Below are positions 29,039 through 39,985 of a stretch of 64,000 nt of DNA, in pieces. The position numbers and the translations under genes were made by a program. Positions within the stretch are counted from its first letter, which is position 1; every line of letters begins with the position of its first letter. The notes beneath the pieces are model-generated. The model did no database searches. It worked only from the letters and a program-made list of their open reading frames with translations, and was not told where the DNA came from. Source of the DNA: Octopus sinensis (Eukaryota); NCBI RefSeq assembly GCF_006345805.1, contig NC_043003.1, positions 23,250,001-23,314,000 on the forward strand. Reading direction: 5' to 3'.

Positions 29039-32000
29039 AAAGGGCTTAGTAAAATAAATTACTTTGCCGCATACTGAACTCGTTAGAAATAGCAGCTAAA
29101 AAAACTTTTATAAAAACTATTTCCAACACTTAAAGAAAACCTCTCTCATATAGTGTTTGCTCAATCAACTCAAGGAAGTATTGGGGTAGAGACATTAAAA
29201 AATCAAATGCAAAGGTTATTTGAGAGTACGTACGTTTCAAGATTAGTCAAAATCGACCCTTCTCTCATCAGCTCAGAATGCCCTTGTTTGAATTTGAAAA
29301 CACTGAAAATGGGAGCATACCCTTTCGGCTTGTTATCGCTTCTGAAGATCTGCTCCAAACTAACAGTGCCAACAAACTCAAATATGCAAGCGAAGAATTT
29401 CTGCTCTCCCCTTCCACCAGCGTGGGTTAAAATCAGCAAACACTATGCTTTTTTCGGTAAAATCCGAGACTTAAGTAAGAGAGAGATGAATTATAATTTC
29501 AACAATTGAGGGTAAAATTAATTAATTAATTAATCAATTTCACCAAGTATTCAGTATGCAAAGGGACCATTTAAGGCGAATTCAAATTATTACATTATAT
29601 AAAAGGGCTTAGTAAAATAAATTACTTTGCCGCATACTGAACTCGTTAGAAATAGCAGCTAAAAAAACTTTTTAAAAACTATTTCCAACACTTAAAGAAA
29701 ACCTCTCTCATATAGTGTTTGCTCAATTCAACTCAAGAAGTATGGGGGTAGAGACATTAAAAAATCAAATGCAAAGGTTATTTGAGTACGTACGTTTCAA
29801 GATTAGTCAAAATCGACCCTTCTCTCATCAGCTCAGAATGCCCTTGTTTGAATTTGAAAACACTGAAAATGGGAGCATACCCTTTCGGCTTGTTATCGCT
29901 TCTGAAGATCTGCTCCAAACTAACAGTGCCAACAAACTCAAATATGCAAGCGAAGAATTTCTGCTCTCCCCTTTCCACCAGCGTGGGTTAAAATCAGCAA
30001 ACACTATGCTTTTTTCGGTAAAATCCGAGACATTAAGTAGAGAGAGATGAATTATAATTTCAACAATTGAGGGTAAAATTAATTAATTAATTAATCAATT
30101 TCACCAAGTATTCAGTATGCAAAGGGACCATTTAAGGCGAATTCAAATATTACATTATATAAAAGGGCTTAGTAAAATAAATTACTTTGCCGCATACTGA
30201 ACTCGTTAGAAATAGCAGCTAAAAAAATTTTTATAAAACTATTTCTAATACTTAAAGAAAACCTCTCTCATATAGTGTTTGCTCAATTCAACTCAAGAAA
30301 GTATGGGGGTAGAGACATTAAAAAATCAAATGCAAAGGTTATTTGAGTACGTACGTTTCAAGATTAGTCAAAATCGACCCTTCTATCATCAGCTCAGAAT
30401 GCCCTTGTTTGAATTTGAAAACACTGAAAATGGGAGCATACCCTTTCGGCTTGTTATCGCTTCTGAAGATCTGCTCCAAACTAACAGTGCCAACAAACTC
30501 AAATATGCAAGCGAAGAATTTCTGCTCTCCCCTTTCCACCAGCGTGGGCTAAAATCAGCAAACACCATGCTATTTTCGGTAAAATCCGAGACATTAAGTA
30601 GAGAGAGATGAATTATAATTTCAACAATTGAGGGTAAAATTAATTAATTAATTAATCAATTTCACCAAGTATTCAGTATGCAAAGGGACCATTTAAGGCG
30701 AATTCAAATTATTACATTATATAAAAGGGCTTAGTAAAATAAATTACTTTGCCGCATACTGAACTCGTTAGAAATAGCAGCTAAAAAAACTTTTATAAAA
30801 CTATTCCAACACTTAAAGAAAACCTCTCTCATATAGTGTTGCTCAATTCAACTCAAGAAAGTATGGGGGTAGAGACATTAAAAAATCAAATGCAAAGGTT
30901 ATTTGAGTACGTACGTTTCAAGATTAGTCAAAATCGACCCTTCTCTCATCAGCTCAGAATGCCCTTGTTTGAATTTGAAAACACTGAAAATGGGAGCATA
31001 CCCTTTCGGCTTGTATCGCTTCTGAAGATCTGCTCCAAACTAACAGTGCCAACAAACTCAAATATGCAAGAGCGAAGAATTTCTGCTCTCCCCTTTCCAC
31101 CAGCGTGGGTTAAAATCAGCAAACACTATGCTTTTTTCGGTAAAATCCGAGACATAAGTAGAGAGAGATGAATTATAATTTCAACAATTGAGGGTAAAAT
31201 TAATTAATTAATTAATCAATTTCACCAAGTATTCAGTATGCAAAGGGACCATTTAAGGCGAATTCAAATTATTACATTATATAAAAGGGCTTAGTAAAAT
31301 AAATTACTTTGCCGCATACTGAACTCGTTAGAAATAGCAGCTAAAAAAACTTTTATAAAACTATTTCTAACACTTAAAGAAAACCTCTCTCATATAGTGT
31401 TGCTCAATTCAACTCAAGGAAGTATGGGGGTAGAGACATTAAAAAATCAAATGCAAAGGTTATTTGAGTACGTACGTTTCAAGATTAGTAAAATCGACCC
31501 TTCTCTCATCAGCTCAGAATGCCCTTGTTTGAATTTGAAAACACTGAAAATGGGAGCATACCCTTTCGGCTTGTTATCGCTTCTGAAGATCTGCTCCAAA
31601 CTAACAGTGCCAACACTCAAATATGCAAGCGAAGAATTTGCTCTCTCCCCTTTCCACCAGCGTGGGTTAAAATCAGCAAACACTATGCTTTTTTCGGTAA
31701 AATCCGAGACATTAAGTAGAGAGAGATGAATTATAATTTCAACAATTGAGGGTAAAATTAATTAATTAATTAATCAATTTCACCAAGTATTCAGTATGCA
31801 AAGGGACCATTTAAGGCGAATTCAAATTATTACATTATATAAAAGGGCTTAGTAAAATAAATTACTTTGCCGCATACTGAACTCGTTAGAAATAGCAGCT
31901 AAAAAAACTTTTTATAAAACTATTTCCAACACTTAAAGAAAACCTCTCTCATATAGTGTTTGCTCAATTCAACTCAAGGAAGTATGGGGGTAGAGACATT

Positions 32001-34852
32001 AAAAAATCAGATGCAAAGAATATTTGAGTACGTACGTTTCAAGATTAGTCAAAATCGACCCTTCTCTCATCAGCTCAGAATGCCCTTGTTTGAATTTGAA
32101 AACACTGAAAATGGGAGCATACCCTTTCGGCTTGTTATCGCTTCTGAAGATCTGCTCCAAACTAACAGTGCCAACAAACTCAAATATGCAAGCGAAGAAT
32201 TTCTGCTCTCCCCTTTCCACCAGCGTGGGTTAAAATCAGCAAACACTATGCTTTTTTCGGTAAAATCCGAGACATTAAGTAGAGAGAGATGAATTATATT
32301 TCAACATTGAGGGGTAAAATTAATTAATTAATTAATCAATTTCACCAAGTATTCAGTATGCAAAGGGACCATTTAGGCGAATTCAAATTATTACATTATA
32401 TAAAAGGGCTTAGTAAAATAAATTACTTTGCCGCATACTGAACTCGTTAGAAATAGCAGCTAAAAAAACTTTTTATAAAACTATTTCCAACACTTAAGAA
32501 AACCTCTCTCATATAGTGTTTGCTCAATTCAACTCAAGGAAGTATGGGGGTAGAGACATTAAAAAATCAAATGCAAAGGTTATTTGAGTACGTACGTTTC
32601 AAGATTAGTCAAAATCGACCCTTCTCTCATCAGCTCAGAATGCCCTTGTTTGAATTTGAAAACACTGAAAATGGGAGCATACCCTTTCGGCTTGTTATCG
32701 CTTCTGAAGATCTGCTCCAAACTAACAGTGCCAACAAACTCAAATATGCAAGCGAAGAATTTCTGCTCTCCCCTTTCCACCAGCGTGGGTTAAAATCAGC
32801 AAACACTATGCTTTTTTCGGTAAAATCCGAGACATTAAGTAGAGAGAGATGAATTATAATTTCAACAATTGAGGGTAAAATTAATTAATTAATTAATCAA
32901 TTTCACCAAGTATTCAGTATGCAAAGGGACCATTTAAGGCGAATTCAAATTATTACATTATATAAAAGGGCTTAGTAAAATAAATTACTTTGCCGCATAC
33001 TGAACTCGTTAGAAATAGCAGCTAAAAAAACTTTTTATAAAACTATTTCCAACACTTAAAGAAAACCTCTCTCATATAGTGTTTGCTCAATTCAACTCAA
33101 GGAAGTATGGGGGTAGAGGCATTAAAAAATCAAATGCAAAGGTTATTTGAGTACGTACGTTTCAAGATTAGTCAAAATCGACCCTTCTCTCATCAGCTCA
33201 GAATGCCCTTGTTTGAATTTGAAAACACTGAAAATGGGAGCATACCCTTTCGGCTTGTTATCGCTTCTGAAGATCTGCTCCAAACTAACAGTGCCAACAA
33301 ACTCAAATATGCAAGCGAAGAATTTCTGCTCTCCCCTTTCCCCACCAGCGTGGGTTAAAATCAGCAACACAATGCTTTTTTCGGTAAAATCCGAGACATT
33401 AAGTAGAGAGAGATGAATTATAATTTCAACAATTGAGGGTAAAATTAATTAATTAATTAATCAATTTCACCAAGTATTCAGTATGCAAGGGACCATTTAA
33501 GGCGAATTCAAATTATTACATTATATAAAAGGGCTTAGTAAAATAAATTACTTTGCCGCATACTGAACTCGTTAGAAATAGCAGCTAAAAAAACTTTTTA
33601 TAAAACTATTTCCAACACTTAAAGAAAACCTCTCTCATATAGTGTTTGCTCAATTCAACTCAAGGAAGTATGGGGGTAGAGGCATTAAAAAATCAAATGC
33701 AAAGTTATTTGAGTACGTACGTTTCAAGATTAGTCAAAATCGACCCTTCTCTCATCAGCTCAGAATGCCTTGTTTGAATTTGAAAACACTGAAAATGGGA
33801 GCATACCCTTTCGGCTTGTTATCGCTTCTGAAGATCTGCTCCAAACTAACAGTGCCAACAAACTCAATATGCAAGCGAAGAATTTCTGCTCTCCCCTTTC
33901 CACCAGCGTGGGTTAAAATCAGCAAACACTATGCTTTTTTCGGTAATCCGAGACATTAAGTAGAGAGAGATGAATTATAATTTCAACAATTGAGGGTAAA
34001 ATTAATTAATTAATTAATCAATTCACCAAGTATTCAGTATGCAAAGGGACCATTTAAGGCGAATTCAAATTATTACATTATATAAAAGGGCTTAGTAAAA
34101 TAAATTACTTTGCCGCATACTGAACTCGTTAGAAATAGCAGCTAAAAAAACTTTTATAAAACTATTTCCAACACTTAAGAAAACCTCTCTCATATAGTGT
34201 TTGCTCAATTCAACTCAAGGAAGTATGGGGGTAGAGACATTAAAAAATCAAATGCAAAGGTTATTTGAGTACGTACGTTTCAAGATTAGTCAAAATCGAC
34301 CCTTCTCTCATCAGCTCAGAATGCCCTTGTTTGAATTTGAAAACACTGAAAATGGGAGCATACCCTTTCGGCTTGTTATCGCTTCTGAAGATCTGCTCCA
34401 AACTAACAGTGCCAACAAACTCAAATATGCAGCGAAGAATTTCTGCTCTCCCCTTTCCACCAGCGTGGGTTAAAATCAGCAAACACAATGCTTTTTTCGG
34501 TAAAATCCGAGACATTAAGTAGAGAGAGATGAATTATAATTTCAACAATTGAGGGTAAAATTATTAATTAATTAATCAATTTCACCACCAGTATTCAGTA
34601 TGCAAAGGGACCATTTAAGGCGAATTCAAATTATTACATTTATAAAAGGGCTTAGTAAAATAAATTACTTTGCCGCATCTGAACTCGTTAGAAATAACAG
34701 CTAAAAAAACTTTTTATAAAACTATTTCCAACACTTAAAGCAAACCTCTCTCATATAGTGTTTGCTCATTCAACTCAAGGAAGTATGGGGGTAGAGACAT
34801 TAAAAAATCAAATGCAAAGGTTATTTGAGTACGTACGTTTCAAGATTAGTCA
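29031..34852 (-). repeat. Tandem array block 1: 10 full plus 1 partial ~561-bp units, hammerhead on the minus strand
   Basis: The marker AGGGCTTAGT recurs at 29041, 29604, 30164, 30726, 31286, 31844, 32405, 32967, 33530, 34087 and 34647. Units are near-identical and differ mainly by 1-nt indels. Confidence 0.97.
29783..29835 (-). ncRNA. Minimal type I hammerhead ribozyme (representative of 10 copies in block 1)
   Basis: Minus strand reads TGAG-CTGATGA-GAGAAGGGTC-GATTTT-GACTAATCTT-GAAA-C-GTAC-GTA^CTCA. Confidence 0.88.
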
Positions 34853-35069
34853 TAATTCATCTCTCTCTACTTAATGTCTCGGATTTTACCGAAAAAAGCA
34901 TAGTGTTTGCTGATTTTAACCCACGCTGGTGGAAAGGGGAGAGGCAGACATTCTTCGCTTGCATATTTGAGTTTTGGCACTGTTAGTTTGGAGCAGATCT
35001 CAGAAGCGATAACAAGCCGAAAGGGTATGCTCCCATTTTCAGTGTTTTCAAATTCAAACAAGGGCATTC

Positions 35070-35122
35070 TGAGCTGATGAGAGAAGGGTCGATTTTGACT
35101 AATCTTGAAACGTACGTACTCA
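35070..35122 (+). ncRNA. Minimal type I hammerhead ribozyme; predicted cleavage after 35118
   Basis: Helix I TGAG/CTCA; core CTGATGA at 35074-35080; helix II GAGA/TCTT plus GGTC/GACT; GAAA at 35107-35110; palindromic ACGTACGT; GUA triplet. Confidence 0.9.
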
Positions 35123-35635
35123 AATAAACTTTGCATTTGATTTTTTAATGTCTACTCTACCCCCATACTTCCTTGAGTTGAATTGAGCAAACACTATATG
35201 AGAGAGGTTTTCTTTAAGTGTTGGAAATAGTTTTATAAAAAGTTTTTTTAGCTGCTATTTCTAACGAGTTCAGCATGCGGCAAAGTAATTTATTTTACTA
35301 AGCCCTTTTATATAATGTAATAATTTGAATTCGCCTTAAATGGTCCCTTTGCATACTGAATACTTGGTGAAATTGATTAATTAATTAATTAATTTTACCC
35401 TCAATTGTTGAAATTATAATTCATCTCTCTCTACTTAATGTCTCGGATTTTACCGAAAAAAGCATAGTGTTTGCTGATTTTAACCCACGCTGGTGGAAAG
35501 GGGAGAGCAGAAATTCTTCGCTTGCATATTTGAGTTTGTTGGCACTGTTAGTTTGGAGCAGATCTTCAGAAGCGATAACAAGCCGAAAGGGTATGCTCCC
35601 ATTTTCAGTGTTTTCAAATTCAAACAAGGGCATTC

Positions 35636-35688
35636 TGAGCTGATGAGAGAAGGGTCGATTTTGACTAATCTTGAAACGTACGTACTCA
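35636..35688 (+). ncRNA. Minimal type I hammerhead ribozyme; predicted cleavage after 35684
   Basis: Identical motif to 35070-35122. Confidence 0.9.
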
Positions 35689-35986
35689 AATAACCTTTGC
35701 ATTTGATTTTTTAATGTCTCTACCCCCATACTTCCTTGAGTTGAATTGAGCAAACACTATATGAGAGAGGTTTTCTTTAAGTGTTGGAAATAGTTTTATA
35801 AAAAGTTTTTTTAGCTGCTATTTCTAACGAGTTCAGTATGCGGCAAAGTAATTTATTTTACTAAGCCCTTTTATATAATGTAATAATTTGAATTCGCCTT
35901 AAATGGTCCCTTTGCATACTGAATACTTGGTGAAATTGATTAATTAATTAATTAATTTTACCCTCAATTGTTGAAATTATATATAT

Positions 35987-36004
<18 letters not shown>

Positions 36005-36017
<13 letters not shown>

Positions 36018-36235
36018 TATATAAAGTTAATCCAAACATGAAAACACCAAGAGAAAACAGAACAACGCGAGGACGTGGAACAAATATAGTATTATTGGAC
36101 GCTCAGGAAGGAAGGGAAGAAGGAGGGTTTTACGTTTCGTGCGGAGCTCTTCGTCAGAAACATAGGAAAAGGAAAGATCCAGAGAAGGGAAGACGGAGGA
36201 AAAAAAATCGCCAACGGTACACACGCGGTCACATT
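36005..36235 (-). mobile_element. Family A PLE-terminal-like repeat with hammerhead at 36127-36161
   Basis: Minus strand reads GTTT-CTGACGA-A-GAGC-TCC-GCAC-GAAA-C-GTA^AAAC: canonical core with helix I GTTT/AAAC. Confidence 0.75.
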
Positions 36236-36544
36236 TTGAATGTATAAATATATATATATATATATATATAATATATATATATTATATGCGCGTTAATAAC
36301 GAACAATAAGAATGAGTGCTCAATATCGCATCGGGGGATAAAATTTCTATATGTATGGAGAAAAGCTACCATATGTTTCATGTCTTTCCCTCTCTTAAAA
36401 ATTACCAGATCTACTACATGGAATATCGATGCTCGACTCCATCTTCGACTTACATAAAAACTTTGGTGGCCTTTATCCCTCCCCCCTATATATACATAAT
36501 ATATATACATCTATATCTATATATTCTTTCATTCTTATATTCTT

Positions 36545-36743
36545 TTACTTGTTTCAGTCACCAGACTGCGGCCATGCTGGGGCAATACCTTGAAAAATCT
36601 CAGTTGAATAAATCGACTCCAGTACTTTTTGAAAGCCTTGTACTTATTCAATTGGTCTGTCTCTCGAACTGCTAAGTTACGGGGACTTAAGGAAATCAAC
36701 ACTATTTATGAAGTGACGGTGGGACAAGTAAACATATACACTT

Positions 36744-36760
<17 letters not shown>
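36545..36760 (-). mobile_element. SINE family 1, 3' half
   Basis: TTTCAGTCACCAGACTGCGGCCATGCTGGGGCA...AAATCGACTCCAGTAC. Confidence 0.75.
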
Positions 36761-36775
<15 letters not shown>

Positions 36776-36835
36776 ACACACACACACACGCACACACATA
36801 CACACACACGCACACACGCACACAACACAAACTGT

Positions 36836-36980
36836 GTGGTATAAGTTAGCTTCCTAACCACATTGTTCCGAGTTCAGTTCCACTGCGTGTCACCTTCGGC
36901 AAGTCAATTCTAATATAGCCTCGGGCCGACCAAAGCATTGTGAGTGGATTTAGTAGACGGAGACTGAAGAAGCCCGTCGT
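36836..36980 (+). mobile_element. SINE family 1 head
   Basis: CTAACCACATTGTTCCGAGTTCAGTTCCACTGCG...GCCTCGGGCCGACCAAAGCATTGTGAGTGGATT. Confidence 0.75.
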
Positions 36981-37022
36981 ATCTTATCTAAATTATCTAT
37001 TGCTTAACCATCTTCTCACACT

Positions 37023-37070
37023 GTCTCCGATGAAGTGATATAATAAATATCCTAGAAACAGCTGTAAGAC
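37023..37070 (+). ncRNA. Type I hammerhead-like motif (U4C variant)
   Basis: GTCT-CCGATGA-AGTGATAT-AATAA-ATATCCTA-GAAA-C-AGCT-GTA^AGAC. Helix I is GTCT/AGAC and helix III is the palindrome ACAGCTGT. Confidence 0.65.
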
Positions 37071-37132
37071 CATCTATTTATAAATGTTCTAAAATCTACA
37101 CAGCCTTGGTATTTTCTCTCATTATGGAAAAA

Positions 37133-37167
<35 letters not shown>

Positions 37168-37193
37168 CATATACATACATACATTTGTGTGTG

Positions 37194-37228
<35 letters not shown>

Positions 37229-37359
37229 CTGTCTGTCTGTATGTATGTATGTATATATGTATGTATGTATGTATGTTTGTATGTATGTATCTATGTATGT
37301 ATGTATGTTTGTATGTATGTATGTATGTATGCATGTATAACATTAATATAAACAACAAT

Positions 37360-37796
37360 TTTCACTGTTTCATCAAAAAGGAGAGTTATAATTATCACTA
37401 ATTATGACCAGGGTGTCAAGAAACACCTACATTGCTAGAATTACGATAAAAATGCTCTAATGCTGTAGATAAGGCATATGAATGAAAACATATACACTAA
37501 CAGTGACCTGAATCATCCGAAAAATGCCGATCGCGGATACTAAATGCTGACGTCAGTTTCGGCAATTTCCTTTGCCTCATCAGTTAGACCCGCACGGATT
37601 CAGCTTTATTGGGTGTGTTTCTCGATTCGCTAATGCGTGTACATAAAATATAAGAAGTTTGCAATGTTTCACCATAAAGGAGAATTATAATTGTCACCAA
37701 ATGTGACTAGAGTGTTAAGAATCATCTACATTGCTAGAAATACGAGCTAAAATGCTCTAATGCTGCAGTTAACTACAGTATCGTATTTCTAGCAAT
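37360..37796 (-). mobile_element. Decayed ~299-bp-period tandem repeat with hammerhead core (37549-37583) and short terminal inversion
   Basis: 37360-37470 is repeated at +299. The minus-strand core is CTGATGA-GGCAA-AGGAAA-TTGCC-GAAA-C-TGAC-GTC. 37781-37796 is the reverse complement of 37730-37745. Confidence 0.65.
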
Positions 37797-37819
37797 ATCG
37801 GTGTGTCCCAACGTCCTGG

Positions 37820-37980
37820 TCACACATACACAGACATATATGGGCTTCTTCCAGTTTCCGTCTATCAAATCCACTCACAAGGCTTTGGTTGGCCTGAGGC
37901 TATAGAAAACACTCTGGCCCAAACTACTACACAATGAGACTGAAATCAGAATGATGTGGATGGAGAGCAAGAACCACTGA
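37820..37980 (-). mobile_element. SINE family 1 head
   Basis: TTTCCGTCTATCAAATCCACTCACAAGGCTTTGGTTGGCCTGAGGCTATAG. Confidence 0.7.
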
Positions 37981-38397
37981 TACGTATATATATGTTGTCT
38001 CTACTTCAGTATAGAAGTTACTAAAATTATCATGAAGACTCTGCCTGCCACTGATTTTTTATCTTTATGGGGTAAGTTTTAATTTATAGACTAGTTTATC
38101 AAATCCCCCACTTCTTGGAGGTTTAGGTATCATTATACTAATGTGTCCTTCTGTTCTAATTTAATTAAGTTCTATGTCTTTGTGCAGCTGAAGATTAGTC
38201 CACATTTTAAATTGATGTAATGATTGCATTTTTCAATTAAATGGAGTTGCAGGAAACCTCTGGATATCCTTGTTGCTTATTTTGATATATATATACCAAG
38301 AATCATTGGCGCAGTGCAGTGTTTAGGTATAAGCAAAATTTAGGTTAGTTCAAATATGTTTGTTACATAATTCAACTACTAATATGCAAATACACTC

Positions 38398-38536
38398 CAG
38401 TTACCGTGGAGAAAAATCTCTGTTATGACAAGAGTCAAAACCTCATGTCTGGGATTCCTAACAAATGGCGACTATGAACGAACTGCGTGTTTTCACACCT
38501 TTTTACCAAAATAGAGATTATTCTCCACGGTAACTG
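38398..38536. mobile_element. Small MITE-like element with 24-bp inverted repeats
   Basis: CAGTTACCGTGGAGAAAAATCTCT / AGAGATTATTCTCCACGGTAACTG (1 mismatch). No clear TSD. Confidence 0.55.
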
Positions 38537-38579
38537 CAGTTGAAAAATGCGACAAAAGTTATTTCAACTAATATATATA

Positions 38580-38612
<33 letters not shown>

Positions 38613-39599
38613 AATTTGTGTGTGTGTGTGTATGAAGAAATATTTTTTTCACATATCATAAATAAACTTTACTGTAAACAGAAAAACAGAAAACAACTTA
38701 AGTATTCTCTTTCCATTTGTAATAACATGGTTGCTGTCATTGGGTCTCCTTTGAAGAATTAGATTTGGCAGGTAGAATCGGCATTGGAGTAAATATAGTA
38801 TATACTGAATCAAAATATGTTTAACCAAAAGAAGAAATCATGTTAACAAAATTATTACTGTTTGCAATAAAATGTTTTACCTTAAGAAATAAATGCAGCT
38901 CGCTTGAATAAAATGTGTTCGGCAGCGCAAGAGGTTAGTTGTTAAGATGTGTGACAATATATTGCAAACAACAAATGTGAATGTAAATAATAAAAGAGAT
39001 AAATAGGAAGTTTACGACCTGAACATGACTGGAAAAGAAATTAGAGGTAAAATTATTCAATAAATATAAGGTAATGAGCAAACATTTAGAATTATGAACG
39101 TGCGTTTGAGTGAGTGTGTGTGTGTGTGTCTACGTCTGTGTGTGTGTCTGCGTGTGTGTGTGTTTGTGAATGGCAATGATTGAGATTGTTTGTATGTCAG
39201 ATAGAATGTTTATTTTTCCATGTTCCAGTAGAATGTCGTAGCAATGCAGCAAACACTCTTGTTCTCAGTAATGGTTCATATATTGTATTAATGCTTCGTA
39301 TATTAACATCGAATTTGATATTTAGACGACTTAATCTTCCGTCTGACCATCAGATTAGATATGAACGACTATGGCTAGGCTACCATCAGCTGTGAATTTG
39401 GCGCAAGTGTTCAACTATATCTTTGAAATCCCCTTGTTCAGTGCCTCGGAGCAAACTCAAATTGAAGTTCGATCGCCACCTGTGATTAGAAGTTGAACTG
39501 GCTCGTTTTCATAAAATTGAATTTAGTTCAAACGAGTCAAGAAGCGAGTTTTTAAACATTTTATTTAGGCTCAAGCGTCGATTTATATTTGAAAACTTC

Positions 39600-39985
39600 T
39601 CTTTGCAACCTCATAGTTTCGGGTCCAGACACACTGCATGGCACCTTGATCGAGTCTCTTCCATTATAACTCTTGGCCGACCAATAGCTTGTGAATGAAT
39701 TTGGTAAACGGAAACTTTGTGGAAGCCCGTTATATATGTGCGTGTTTGTGGTTTGTGTGCTTGTAATTTTGTTTGTGTTCTTTGTCCTACCACCAGAGCC
39801 TCAGAACTGGTTTTCATTTGTATATGTCCCCGTAACTTAATGTTCCAGCAAAGGGCGCTATTGGATTAAGTACTAGACTTGAAAGACAAATATGTACTTG
39901 TTCGATTGGCTTTGTTAAATACTCCAAGGTGATACCCCAGCGTATTCACAGTCCTACGACTGAGCCAGTAAAAAACTAAAAGAAT
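39600..39985 (+). mobile_element. SINE family 1, diverged near-full copy
   Basis: Head GGCCGACCAATAGCTTGTGAATGAATTTGGTAAACGGAAAC, body GTCCCCGTAACTTA, tail. Confidence 0.6.

Larger units (their letters stand above)
34853..35981 (+). repeat. Tandem array block 2: ~2 inverted units, hammerhead on the plus strand
   Basis: Reverse complement of the block 1 unit, starting TAATTCATCTCTCTCTAC and ending TTGAAATTATA at a (TA)n run. Confidence 0.95.

Noticed and set aside
29031-29050. TATATAAAAGGG as a TATA-box promoter in each unit
   Set aside because: It points opposite to the ribozyme strand and is expected by chance in AT-rich DNA; unsupported without TSS data.
29153-35753. Repeated 66-118 aa ORFs in the array (e.g. 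MLNSTQGSMGVETLK...)
   Set aside because: Overlapping ORFs occur in several frames and both strands, many start at TTG/GTG, indels break them between units, and there is no recognisable domain. They are a by-product of the repeat.
29031-35981. Endless ORF on a 561-nt (3n) circle
   Set aside because: The (TTAA)n run in each unit puts TAA in all three frames on both strands.
29031-35981. CRISPR array or rDNA/snRNA tandem cluster
   Set aside because: There are no unique spacers and no rRNA, 5S, snRNA or histone similarity that I can recognise; units are full-length duplicates.
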